Assembly: GCA_965217585.1 (NCBI GenBank)
Contig: OZ244561.1
Coordinates: 6,560,001-6,624,000, forward strand
DNA length: 64,000 nt
Direction: 5' to 3'
DNA from: Candidatus Latescibacterota bacterium
Lineage (GTDB): Bacteria > Latescibacterota > UBA2968 > UBA8231
In this document: one piece after another, positions 9,737 to 18,514 of the stretch
Layout of the letters: each line of letters starts with the position of its first letter
How positions within the stretch are numbered: the stretch's first letter is position 1
The notes under the pieces: model-generated
Databases searched by the model: none
Told to the model about the DNA's origin: nothing
Seen by the model: the letters and a program-made list of their open reading frames with translations, nothing else
Position numbers and translations under genes: made by a program

Positions 9737-11056
9737 ATGGGCACTCTAACATCCGCAAACACGCGCGTGGCTCTGCAAAACGTGGGTTGCAAGCTCAATG
9801 CCTACGAGGTAGAAGCCCTCGCCCACCGCCTGAACGAGCACGGCTATGCAATCGTGCCCTTCGGCTCTGAGGCCGACGTGTACGTGGTCAATACCTGCAC
9901 GGTCACCGGCGCGGGCGATGCGGACTCGCGCAAGGCCGTGCGCCGCGCCCGGCGACGCAATCCAAGCGCGGAGATCGTGGCTACCGGCTGCTATGCCCAG
10001 CGGCGGCCAGCAGACCTCGCAGCGGCCGGTGCCGACTTGGTCGTGGGCAACGGCCAAAAGGCCCAACTCGTCGAGCTGCTCGAAGCGCATCTAGCTGGCG
10101 TCGAGCCCCCCGCGCCTTCGACAACGAGGCCGCGCACCGAGCAATTTCTCGCTATTGACGGCGCGGTGCCCCAGGGCCGCACGCGCGGCAGCCTACAAAT
10201 CCAAGACGGCTGCGACGAACACTGCACCTATTGCATCATCCCGGCGGTGCGCGGGCACAGCGCGAGCCGCCCAGCTGCCGAAGTCGTCGCCCAAGCCCAG
10301 CGCATGGTCGCGGCCGGCTACCGCGAGCTCGCCCTGACCGGCGTCCACACGGGCCGCTATGGGTTCGACCACGGCCAGCCCGAGGCCCTCGTCGAGCTGC
10401 TTGAAGCGTTGGAGCAAATCGACGGCTTGGCGCGCATCCGCCTCAACTCCATTGAGCCGGGTTATGTCACCGACGCGCTGATCGACCAAGCCGCGGCTTC
10501 CCCAGCCGTCTGCCGCCACTTCCACGTGCCTTTGCAAAGCGGCGATGACCACATTCTCAAGCGGATGGGGCGGCGCTACACCCGCGCCTATTACGCCGAG
10601 CGGATCGCGCGAATCGCCAGCCGCATCCCCGATTGCGCCATTGGTGCCGACGTCATGGTCGGCTTCCCCGGGGAAACCGACGCGCATTTTGCCCAGACCC
10701 GCGCCTTGTTGGCCGACCTGCCGCTGACGTACCTCCACGTCTTTTCGTACTCCCTGCGCGAAGGCACCCCGGCCGAGCGGCTGCCCGAGCACCAAGATGC
10801 CGCCGTCAAAAAGGAGCGCGCCCAAGCGCTCATCGCCCTCGGCGCGGCCAAGCGACTCGCCTTCCACCAGCGCTTTGTCGGTCGGTCGCTCCAAGTCCTC
10901 GCCGAAGGGCGTTCAGACCCAGCCACCGGCTTGCAGGTCGGCTTGAGCGACAACTACGTCAAGGTCCTCTTCGCCGGCCCGGCCGCACCCAACGAGTTCG
11001 TGGCCGTGCGGATCGAGCAAGCCCGCGAAGAGCTAACTTTTGGAGCGCGCCAATGA
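9737..11056 (+). CDS. mtaB: tRNA threonylcarbamoyladenosine methylthiotransferase
   Basis: GCKLNAYE, NTCTVT, TGCYAQ, QDGCDEHCTYCIIP, HVFSYSLREGTPA, SDNY. Confidence 0.9.
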   Translation: MGTLTSANTRVALQNVGCKLNAYEVEALAHRLNEHGYAIVPFGSEADVYVVNTCTVTGAGDADSRKAVRRARRRNPSAEIVATGCYAQRRPADLAAAGADLVVGNGQKAQLVELLEAHLAGVEPPAPSTTRPRTEQFLAIDGAVPQGRTRGSLQIQDGCDEHCTYCIIPAVRGHSASRPAAEVVAQAQRMVAAGYRELALTGVHTGRYGFDHGQPEALVELLEALEQIDGLARIRLNSIEPGYVTDALIDQAAASPAVCRHFHVPLQSGDDHILKRMGRRYTRAYYAERIARIASRIPDCAIGADVMVGFPGETDAHFAQTRALLADLPLTYLHVFSYSLREGTPAERLPEHQDAAVKKERAQALIALGAAKRLAFHQRFVGRSLQVLAEGRSDPATGLQVGLSDNYVKVLFAGPAAPNEFVAVRIEQAREELTFGARQ

Positions 11057-12465
11057 ACTTGCCCATCCTCGAAACGCCTCACTCGCGCCCGCAGGGCGGG
11101 CCAACGACCGAATATCAGCCCGTGGCAACGCGCCCCGGTCCGGCGGGCCGACGCGTGTACATCGAGACCTATGGTTGCCAGATGAACGTGGCCGACAGCG
11201 AGCTGGTGGCCAGCATCCTCGCCGACGCGGGGTTTCAGATTACGGAACGCGCCGAACGCGCCGACATCATCCTGCTCAACACCTGCGCGGTGCGCGAGCA
11301 CGCCGAGGAGCGGGTCATTGGCCGCGTCAGCCAGCTCAACGGCCTCCGCGCCCACCGCCCCAACCTCACTTTGGGCATCCTCGGCTGTATGGCCCAGCAC
11401 CTGAGCAAGACCCTGCCGGCCCGCGCCCCTTTCGTCGATTTGGTCATGGGACCGGATTCCTACCGCCGCCTGCCCCAACTCCTCGCCCAATCTAGCGACG
11501 ACGCGCTATTAGACGTGCGCCTCGACCGCTCTGAGAACTACAGCGGCGTCCACCCCCAGCGCACAACCAGCACCAACGCTTGGGTGACCATCATCCGCGG
11601 TTGCGACAAATTCTGCACCTTCTGCATCGTGCCCTTTGTGCGCGGCCGGGAGCGCAGCGTGCCCGCCGACGAGATAGTGCGCCAAGTTCAACACATTGCT
11701 GCCGAGGGATTTAAGGAAGTCACCTTACTTGGCCAGACCGTTAATTCCTACCGCGCCGGCAGCGTGGATTTCGCGGATTTATTGCGGCAAGTCAGCCAAG
11801 TTGAAGGCATTGAGCGGGTGCGCTTCACTTCGCCCTATCCGGTTGATTTTACCGACCGCGTGATCGACGCCATGGCCGAAGTCGGCCCGGTATGCCCGAG
11901 CCTACACCTGCCGGTCCAGAGCGGCTCGGACGAACAGCTCGCCCGCATGCGTCGCGGGTACACCGTCGATCAATACCGACAGCTCGTGCAGAAGCTGCGC
12001 GCCGCCCTGCCCGACCTCGCCCTAACCACCGACATCATCACCGGCTTTTGCGGCGAGACCGATGCGGACTTCCGCCAGACCTGCGATCTAATGGGAGAGA
12101 TCCGCTACGACTCGGCTTTCATGTTCAAGTACTCCGAGCGCGAGGGCACGTACGCCCACAAGAAGCTGCCCGACGACGTTCCCGAAGCCGTCAAGGGCGA
12201 GCGCCTCCAGCACATCATCGCCCTGCAAGAGGGGATCTCGCGCCAGATCAACCAGCGGCAAGTCGGCCGCACGGTCGAGGTCCTCGTCGAAGGCCCATCC
12301 AAGCGGCCGGCTGCCGATGGCCAGCCCCGCTACTACGGCCGCACCCCGCAGGGCAAGACGGCGATTTTCTCGCAAGCAGCAGCGCGCAACGCGCTCGTAT
12401 CCATCCGCATTTCCCGCGCCACCTCGCATACCCTCTTTGGCGACCGCCTCGACGACGCTGCATAA
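11053..12465 (+). CDS. miaB: tRNA-2-methylthio-N6-dimethylallyladenosine synthase
   Basis: TYGCQMNVADSE, NTCAVREHAE, GCMAQ, RGCDKFCTFCIVP, HLPVQSGS, TRAM domain; ATGA overlap with mtaB. Confidence 0.95.
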   Translation: MNLPILETPHSRPQGGPTTEYQPVATRPGPAGRRVYIETYGCQMNVADSELVASILADAGFQITERAERADIILLNTCAVREHAEERVIGRVSQLNGLRAHRPNLTLGILGCMAQHLSKTLPARAPFVDLVMGPDSYRRLPQLLAQSSDDALLDVRLDRSENYSGVHPQRTTSTNAWVTIIRGCDKFCTFCIVPFVRGRERSVPADEIVRQVQHIAAEGFKEVTLLGQTVNSYRAGSVDFADLLRQVSQVEGIERVRFTSPYPVDFTDRVIDAMAEVGPVCPSLHLPVQSGSDEQLARMRRGYTVDQYRQLVQKLRAALPDLALTTDIITGFCGETDADFRQTCDLMGEIRYDSAFMFKYSEREGTYAHKKLPDDVPEAVKGERLQHIIALQEGISRQINQRQVGRTVEVLVEGPSKRPAADGQPRYYGRTPQGKTAIFSQAAARNALVSIRISRATSHTLFGDRLDDAA

Positions 12466-12710
12466 CATAAACCCGCTAGTAACCTGTTAGACAAAGAGTT
12501 ACGGGTTTCGTCCTAGGTCGAATAGCTCCGCCAACCTGCCGGCTTCTGCCGCTCGTTTTTTGCGCCAAAACGTTTTGCCGTCCTGCGGCAACGTATTGTT
12601 TTATATCGTTTTATAAGGTTTCTCATTATCTGGCCAGTGGTAGAGAGAGACGATACTGGGCATCAGAAACCCTAACTCCAACTCACCCTTGGAGAGTTCG
12701 GGCTGGTTTT

Positions 12711-12887
12711 CGGTCGGGTGGTGGCGCGTGTGGTATCTGGAGCGATGCTATCGACAATGCTTCCTCTGTGGTGCGCATTTATCGGGGGGAGATCAGCGCT
12801 CGCCGAAAAGTCGAAGCGACTGCGTCCTCTGCGACCGCGTCGACTTTTCACATCGCTATCCAGATTCGGCTTGAACCCACTTGACCG
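12711..12887 (+). ncRNA. Candidate structured RNA, Y-shaped, family unknown
   Basis: Nested stems 12711-12721/12877-12887, 12735-12747/12851-12865, 12756-12760/12775-12779, 12805-12814/12840-12849; both arm tips contain TCCTCTG. Confidence 0.45.
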
Positions 12888-12941
12888 CTTGACATTTTAC
12901 TTTTAATTGCACACATTATATGTTCACTTTGAGGGGGAATT

Positions 12942-13187
12942 ATGAAAGCATCTATTCTCGATTTAAGACGACGCATGAAAGATGTTTTGCTCGCGCTCGA
13001 CCGCAACGAATCGGTCACCATTTTTTATCGCGGCAAAGAAAAAGCCATCCTGTCTCCCAGCCAACAGCGAACAAACAAATCTGTAAAAGACCATGAGGCT
13101 TTTGGGATGTGGCGAGACAGAAAAGATATGACCGATGTCGATGCTTACGTCCGCAATGTGAGAAAAGGCCGCTTGAATGATTTTTGA
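12942..13187 (+). CDS. Type II antitoxin (Phd/YefM-like)
   Basis: MKASILDLRRRMKDVL...VTIFYRGKEKAIL; overlaps the PIN gene; lower GC than the backbone. Confidence 0.8.
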   Translation: MKASILDLRRRMKDVLLALDRNESVTIFYRGKEKAILSPSQQRTNKSVKDHEAFGMWRDRKDMTDVDAYVRNVRKGRLNDF

Positions 13188-13554
13188 TACCGATATTGTA
13201 ATATGGGTTTTCAGAGGCCACGAAGGGGCTGCAAACCTCGTTGACAGTATCGCTGATCGTCAGATATCAATTGTTACGTATATGGAATTTATCCAGGGTG
13301 CGAGAAATCGGCAGGAGTTAAAAAAGATCAAGAATTTTCTCACGGATCACGCCTTTCAGACCGTACCTCTCGCTGAAAATATCGGCCACCGAGCGACTGT
13401 ATATATGGAAGAATATACCCTCAAGACAGCACTGTATCTGGCCGATGCCTTGATTGCCGCAACAGCTATTGAACATCATTTAACACTTTGTACAGCCAAT
13501 AGAAAACACTACCGCGAAATCAACGAACTCAATCTAAAAATCTTTCGGCCCTGA
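13177..13554 (+). CDS. vapC: VapC PIN-domain toxin
   Basis: IFDTDIVIW, SIVTYME, ADALIAATA, TANRKHY. Confidence 0.9.
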   Translation: MIFDTDIVIWVFRGHEGAANLVDSIADRQISIVTYMEFIQGARNRQELKKIKNFLTDHAFQTVPLAENIGHRATVYMEEYTLKTALYLADALIAATAIEHHLTLCTANRKHYREINELNLKIFRP

Positions 13555-13565
13555 CCCTAGGTATT

Positions 13566-16505
13566 ATGAGGACTCTCTTTGTAGTAAGCATCCTTCTCTT
13601 TGCTGTGCTCGCTGCCCTTTGCTCCACTGCCTACGCCGACCCGCAAGCCACCCGCGACGACATTGAAATCCGCCGCATCCTCGGCGTCTCCCAAGGCACC
13701 ATCCGCATCGCCAAGGATCCACGCGATGACGCGCTCTATATCTTGCGGCAGGACGGCGCAATCGAACGCATCGACCGAGCGGCGGCCGAGCGCGTCCCAG
13801 CGTATTCCAACAGCGACCACGGCATCAGCAGCGGCTTCACGGGCTTTGCCATCGGGCCGGATGGCTCGTTCTACTTGGCGTCCAATCGCCACGGCCCTCG
13901 TGATAGCGGCCAATTTGCCCTTGCCCGCGGCATTTTGCTCGACGCCGACACCGGCGAGCGGCAGTGGGAACAGCTCGACCCGGACAACTTGCCCGCTGAC
14001 GTTCCCATCGACCACATCCTCGCCGCCTCCATCTTTGGCCGTGACCCCACGACCGACAACCGCTACGTCCTCAAAACCAATGGCGACATCACCCTTGTCC
14101 CTTCGAGCACAGTGTACACGGCCGCTGACCACGGCTTCAGCCGCCCGAGCGCCCTATTTATCGACGACGCCGGCACCTTTTACCTCCTCAAACGCATTGA
14201 CCTGTCCATCTACAACATCGCCACCATCACTAAAGGCGAAGTCGATTCGAGCAGTGGCGAGCGCACTTGGTTCACCCTCGCGGAAACTGCACCCTATGAG
14301 CGGTGCGACTGCATTTACAACCACGAAGTCAACGCGCTAGTCGTCAGCCCCGACAATCGCTCGCTTTTTATCAACAGCGGCTCGCGCACCGATCACGGCG
14401 AGATCCAAGATGGCGATGGGCACTTCCCCGGGCTGCGCGAGACCGCGCTCACCGCCGTCATTTTGCGCGTCCCGACCGATGCCCGCGACCTCGTGTTGCC
14501 CAATAGCCGCTATAGTCTCCTCGACCAAGGCTTCCTTTTTGCCGAGGGGCTGCGCAACGCCTATGACTTCGCCTTCGCGCCCAACGGCGACCTCTTCACC
14601 ACGGAAAACGGACCGGGCCGCGACATGCCCGAGGAACTCAACTGGCTGCGCCAAGGGCGGCACTACGGCTTTCCCTGGCGCATGGGACTCGACGACACCC
14701 CCCAGCAATTTCCCGATTACGACCCGGCCACCGATTTCCTCCTCTCTCCCCGCTCCACCGCCGTGCGCGAAGGCTACTACCACAACGATCCCACGTACCC
14801 ACCACCGCCGCGCGATTTCACCGATCCCGTGATCAATCTCGGTCCAGACGCCGACGCCTACCGCGACCCAGCCGACGGCCGCATCAAGGACGCCAGCGAA
14901 GAGGGTGTGCGCTTCGGCACCTTCACCGCGCACCGCTCGCCGCTCGGACTGGTATTTGACGTGGACCATGCCCTCGCCGAGCCGTTCCGCGGCGACGGCT
15001 TCACGCTCAGTTGGACTCGGGGCGACCCGGACGGCGACAGCGTCAACGGACCGTTCAACGACCCCAGCCAAGACCTGCTGCATCTCGATTTGGCGAAAGT
15101 CGGCGACAACTACGAAGCACATGTCACCCGCATCGTCGGCGGGTTTGCCAACCCCATCGACGCGGAAATCATCGGCCATCGCATCTATGTTATCGAATGG
15201 AGCGGCGAGCGCGGACTGTGGGAAATCGTCCTGCCACCGGAGGAGTTCCCACCCACGAGCTTGGCCGACGCGCAGGTTTTCAGCGACCTAGGCGCACAAA
15301 CGCCCGCGGCTGGCGTGGTGCCGTACGAAGTCAATGCGCCGTTTTGGTCGGACGGAGCCACAAAAACCCGGTTCATTCGCCCCCCACCCGGTGAGCGCAT
15401 TGCCTTTGCCAGCAGTGGGCCTTGGGGCTTTCCCGACCAGACCCTCCTGATTAAGAACTTTTACCTCGACTTGGTGCGCGGCGATCCGGCCAGCCGGCGC
15501 ATCATCGAAACGCGCTTCCTCATCAAGCGCGTGGATGCCCCGGGCTGGGACGGCTATAGCTATCTGTGGAACGAGGCCGGCACCGACGCTGCCTTGCTCG
15601 CCGACAGCACGACGGTTACATACGTGATTGACGACCCCCAAGATTCGGTAGGCTTTCTCTTGCAGGAGTACTACTTTCCCTCGCGCCAAGACTGCGCGGT
15701 CTGCCACACCAAGGGCGCGGGTTATGTCCTCGGCGTACACACGGCCCAGCTTCACACGGGCGCGACGCAAAACCAGTTGCACACCCTCGCCCAACAGGGC
15801 CTTTTCGCCGAGGAGTTGCCAGCCGACCTGTCTTCCTTACCCCGCCTGCCCAATCCCTTCAACCCCAGCGTTCCGCTCGACCAGCGCGCCCGCTCGTACC
15901 TGCACGTCAACTGTGCACCGTGCCACCGGCCCGAGAGCGTCGGCCGCACCATCATCGACCTGCGCTACGACACGCCCTTGGCCCAAACCAATACTATCGA
16001 CGCCTTCCCCACCCTCGGCGATTTGGGCGAGCTAGAGGCCCTCATCCTCACCCCCGGGGCACCCCAGCATTCCACGCTCTACCTGAGGATGCTGACGCTG
16101 GGCACCTTTCGCATGCCCCCGCTTGCTTCGTCAATCATCGACGAGCGCGGTGCCGACCTCATCGCCGAGTGGATCGCCAGCATGGGTACACCGACGGCGG
16201 TAGCCGCTCTTGCAGAGGCCACACCGGCCACCTTTGCCCTCGATCAGAACTACCCCAACCCCTTCAATGCAACCACGACCATCGAATTCCAGCTAGCGGC
16301 CCCGGCCGCCGTCGAATTGGATATCTACGACGCGATCGGTCAAAAGGTCCGCATCTTGGTCGCACGGCATCTCGCCGCCGGCCGCTACCGCACCCAGTGG
16401 GCCGGACGCGACGCCGCCGGCCACACGGTCGCCAGCGGCACCTACTTCTATAGGTTGCGAGCCGGGGCCTACCTAGACACCAAGCAACTGACCCTGCTCA
16501 AATAA
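13566..16505 (+). CDS. Secreted glucose/sorbosone dehydrogenase-type propeller fused to a di-heme c domain and FlgD-like tail
   Basis: Signal peptide; GLRNAYDFAF, ENGP, EELN, HYGFP, HRSPLG; YEVNAPFWSDGA; CAVCH and CAPCH heme motifs, RMPP; LDQNYPNPFN...ASGTYFYRL tail. Confidence 0.8.
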   Translation: MRTLFVVSILLFAVLAALCSTAYADPQATRDDIEIRRILGVSQGTIRIAKDPRDDALYILRQDGAIERIDRAAAERVPAYSNSDHGISSGFTGFAIGPDGSFYLASNRHGPRDSGQFALARGILLDADTGERQWEQLDPDNLPADVPIDHILAASIFGRDPTTDNRYVLKTNGDITLVPSSTVYTAADHGFSRPSALFIDDAGTFYLLKRIDLSIYNIATITKGEVDSSSGERTWFTLAETAPYERCDCIYNHEVNALVVSPDNRSLFINSGSRTDHGEIQDGDGHFPGLRETALTAVILRVPTDARDLVLPNSRYSLLDQGFLFAEGLRNAYDFAFAPNGDLFTTENGPGRDMPEELNWLRQGRHYGFPWRMGLDDTPQQFPDYDPATDFLLSPRSTAVREGYYHNDPTYPPPPRDFTDPVINLGPDADAYRDPADGRIKDASEEGVRFGTFTAHRSPLGLVFDVDHALAEPFRGDGFTLSWTRGDPDGDSVNGPFNDPSQDLLHLDLAKVGDNYEAHVTRIVGGFANPIDAEIIGHRIYVIEWSGERGLWEIVLPPEEFPPTSLADAQVFSDLGAQTPAAGVVPYEVNAPFWSDGATKTRFIRPPPGERIAFASSGPWGFPDQTLLIKNFYLDLVRGDPASRRIIETRFLIKRVDAPGWDGYSYLWNEAGTDAALLADSTTVTYVIDDPQDSVGFLLQEYYFPSRQDCAVCHTKGAGYVLGVHTAQLHTGATQNQLHTLAQQGLFAEELPADLSSLPRLPNPFNPSVPLDQRARSYLHVNCAPCHRPESVGRTIIDLRYDTPLAQTNTIDAFPTLGDLGELEALILTPGAPQHSTLYLRMLTLGTFRMPPLASSIIDERGADLIAEWIASMGTPTAVAALAEATPATFALDQNYPNPFNATTTIEFQLAAPAAVELDIYDAIGQKVRILVARHLAAGRYRTQWAGRDAAGHTVASGTYFYRLRAGAYLDTKQLTLLK

Positions 16506-16537
16506 AAATTTACTGGGATGCCGCTGTTTTCTCTGCA

Positions 16538-18283
16538 TCAGCGATTGGCGAGCGCGTACTTGGCGAGCGCGTCGCCGTTGATGCCCCATGCACTGCGCCA
16601 CTTGCGCCGCAACTGGAGGTTGAGGTCGCGCAATTCGCGCTGCTGCTTTTCTTGGCGGGCCAAGTAGTGGGCCTTCTGTTGGCTCAAGTCGTATTCTTGC
16701 ACTCGCTCGGGCCGGCGCTGCAAGACCTTGAAGATCGAAAAGGCCCTTTCCAAGGAACGGGGCTCGCGCAGAGAAGACGGCAAGGGGTTGACCAGTTCAA
16801 TCGGGCCTTGCAATTCCCTTTCGGGCGCGGCTATGGCCGCGTCCATCAGCTCCTTGTAAACGATCTTTTCAAATGCGCGCAGCGCGTAGAGGCCGCCGTT
16901 TTCGTCCGCGTCGCGCCGGATGCTGTGCTTGGTCGCCAGTGCGCCCATGTCGGCCCCGTTGCGAATTTGCTCCAGCAGTTCTCGGGCGAGCGACTCGTCG
17001 GCGACCATGATTTCTTGGACGACGATTTCCTCCGGTGCCCAGTACATCTCTGGATGCGCCTCGTAGTGGGTGCGCGCTTCCTCTTCGCTCACTGCTAGGG
17101 TGCCTTCGAGCAGCTCTTCCCACAGCCCTTGGAGCAGCCGCCGCTCCTTTTCGGCTTGCACCTTCTCCTGCACTTCGGGCCGCTCGGCGTAGCCGCCACG
17201 CTCGGCTGCCAAGCCTAAGAGTAGGTCCGGTGCCCCACGGCGGCGGATTCGGTCGTCGAGCAAGGCGCTGTCGATTTGGGCGCGGCCCAACCGCGTATTG
17301 TGCAGCAAATAGCTGCCCTGCTGCATGGTGATGACGCCGCTATCGTATTCGTAGAGCGGGGCGGCCCACTCCTCGGGCGTTAGCTGCGGCGCGCCAGGCT
17401 GTTCGTTCCAAGCCGCGACAAAGCGCCGCACGTGCTCCCCCACCGGGTGCAAGCCGCTCTCGGCAACTAGCTCGGCGATGTGGTCGCTGCGCAAGTCCCC
17501 GATTTTTTCGAAGAAGGTCGCCCGCTGGATCACCGAGCGATACTTCTCAAAAGATACCAATTTCTTATCGACGACCTTGGCGATCTCCCAGCCTTGCGGC
17601 GTGCGGAAGGGCGGGCTGACCTCGCCTTTATCCAACGAGAACACGCGCTCGTACACTCGGTCTGAGACCCGGTCGAAAGCATAGTATGAGGCAAACCAGC
17701 CCCTATCGGCCGCGGTCGCCGCGTCCAGCGAATGCTGGCGCGCCATGTCCTCAAAGGTGGCCCGACCGGCCTCGATCTCCGCGTAGATGGAATCGGCGCG
17801 GGCGCGGCTGTCGAGCAGGATGTGTGCGCCGCGCACGGCGTGGCGAGCCGGATGTGCATCAAAGGTGGCCCGCAGCTCGTCTGCGGAAATCTCGATTTGC
17901 AGACCGATCTGCTCGCGTATATAGGCTTCGACCATGGCCTTGTGCCGGGCTAGGTCCACAGACTTGGTCCATTCGGGATTTTTGTCCAGCCCCCGCGCAT
18001 ACGCTTCGCGCACCATGAGCTTGATGTCGATCAAACTCAGCAGATGCTCGCGGTGCTTTTCCACGCCTTGCGCTAGCGAGCGGTGCTGAGGCTGGATCCG
18101 GGCTTCGTAGCGGCGGAATTCGCGCTCGTCGATTGGGTCGTCGCCGACTTGCGCCAAGGTGGTGCCCGGCACCGTTAAGCCGCCCCTCTCTGCGGCTGGG
18201 GTCGGGTCCGCCGGCTCTTGGGCGCAACAAAAAAGGAACGCGCAGGCCATAAGCCCCGCCCATTTTCTCGCGTTATTGGTCAT
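16538..18283 (-). CDS. PpiC/SurA-like peptidyl-prolyl isomerase, probable lipoprotein
   Basis: AHILL, FEDMARQHSLD, GEVSPPFRTPQGWEIAKV, and a second parvulin domain (GADMGALATKHS). Confidence 0.75.
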   Translation of the reverse strand: MTNNARKWAGLMACAFLFCCAQEPADPTPAAERGGLTVPGTTLAQVGDDPIDEREFRRYEARIQPQHRSLAQGVEKHREHLLSLIDIKLMVREAYARGLDKNPEWTKSVDLARHKAMVEAYIREQIGLQIEISADELRATFDAHPARHAVRGAHILLDSRARADSIYAEIEAGRATFEDMARQHSLDAATAADRGWFASYYAFDRVSDRVYERVFSLDKGEVSPPFRTPQGWEIAKVVDKKLVSFEKYRSVIQRATFFEKIGDLRSDHIAELVAESGLHPVGEHVRRFVAAWNEQPGAPQLTPEEWAAPLYEYDSGVITMQQGSYLLHNTRLGRAQIDSALLDDRIRRRGAPDLLLGLAAERGGYAERPEVQEKVQAEKERRLLQGLWEELLEGTLAVSEEEARTHYEAHPEMYWAPEEIVVQEIMVADESLARELLEQIRNGADMGALATKHSIRRDADENGGLYALRAFEKIVYKELMDAAIAAPERELQGPIELVNPLPSSLREPRSLERAFSIFKVLQRRPERVQEYDLSQQKAHYLARQEKQQRELRDLNLQLRRKWRSAWGINGDALAKYALANR

Positions 18284-18298
18284 CTTTTTGCTTTCTAA

Positions 18299-18514
18299 TC
18301 AAGGCGTCGTGGATCGCTGCGCAGCCGCTCGCGGTAGCGCTGGATATCCCCCCTCGACCTGCTTGATCTTTTCGTAAGCAGCGAGGGATTTTTCTCCGGC
18401 CGCGCCACTGCGGTGGACGAAATCGACCCCAGCGGATTGCGCGATATCGACAAAGCGCGATTCCGCCGCGGCACTGCAACACAGCAGCAGGACCATGCCG
18501 TAGTGCGCCTTCAC
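18299..18514 (-). pseudogene. Remnant of a second CRTAC1/ASPIC gene fused to an unrelated tail
   Basis: Signal peptide plus RFVDIAQSAGVDFVHRSG matches the N terminus of the adjacent CRTAC1 protein (LFVDVATEAGVQLRTVSG); it then diverges and stops at 71 aa. Confidence 0.65.

Noticed and set aside
12711-12887. 6S RNA, SRP RNA or a known riboswitch
   Set aside because: Length fits 6S but the fold is branched without a clear central bubble; no SRP, SAM, glycine or lysine consensus recognised
12512-13562. CCTAGGT direct repeat bounding the RNA candidate plus vapBC
   Set aside because: Only 7 bp, no TIRs; compatible with chance, so not called as an element
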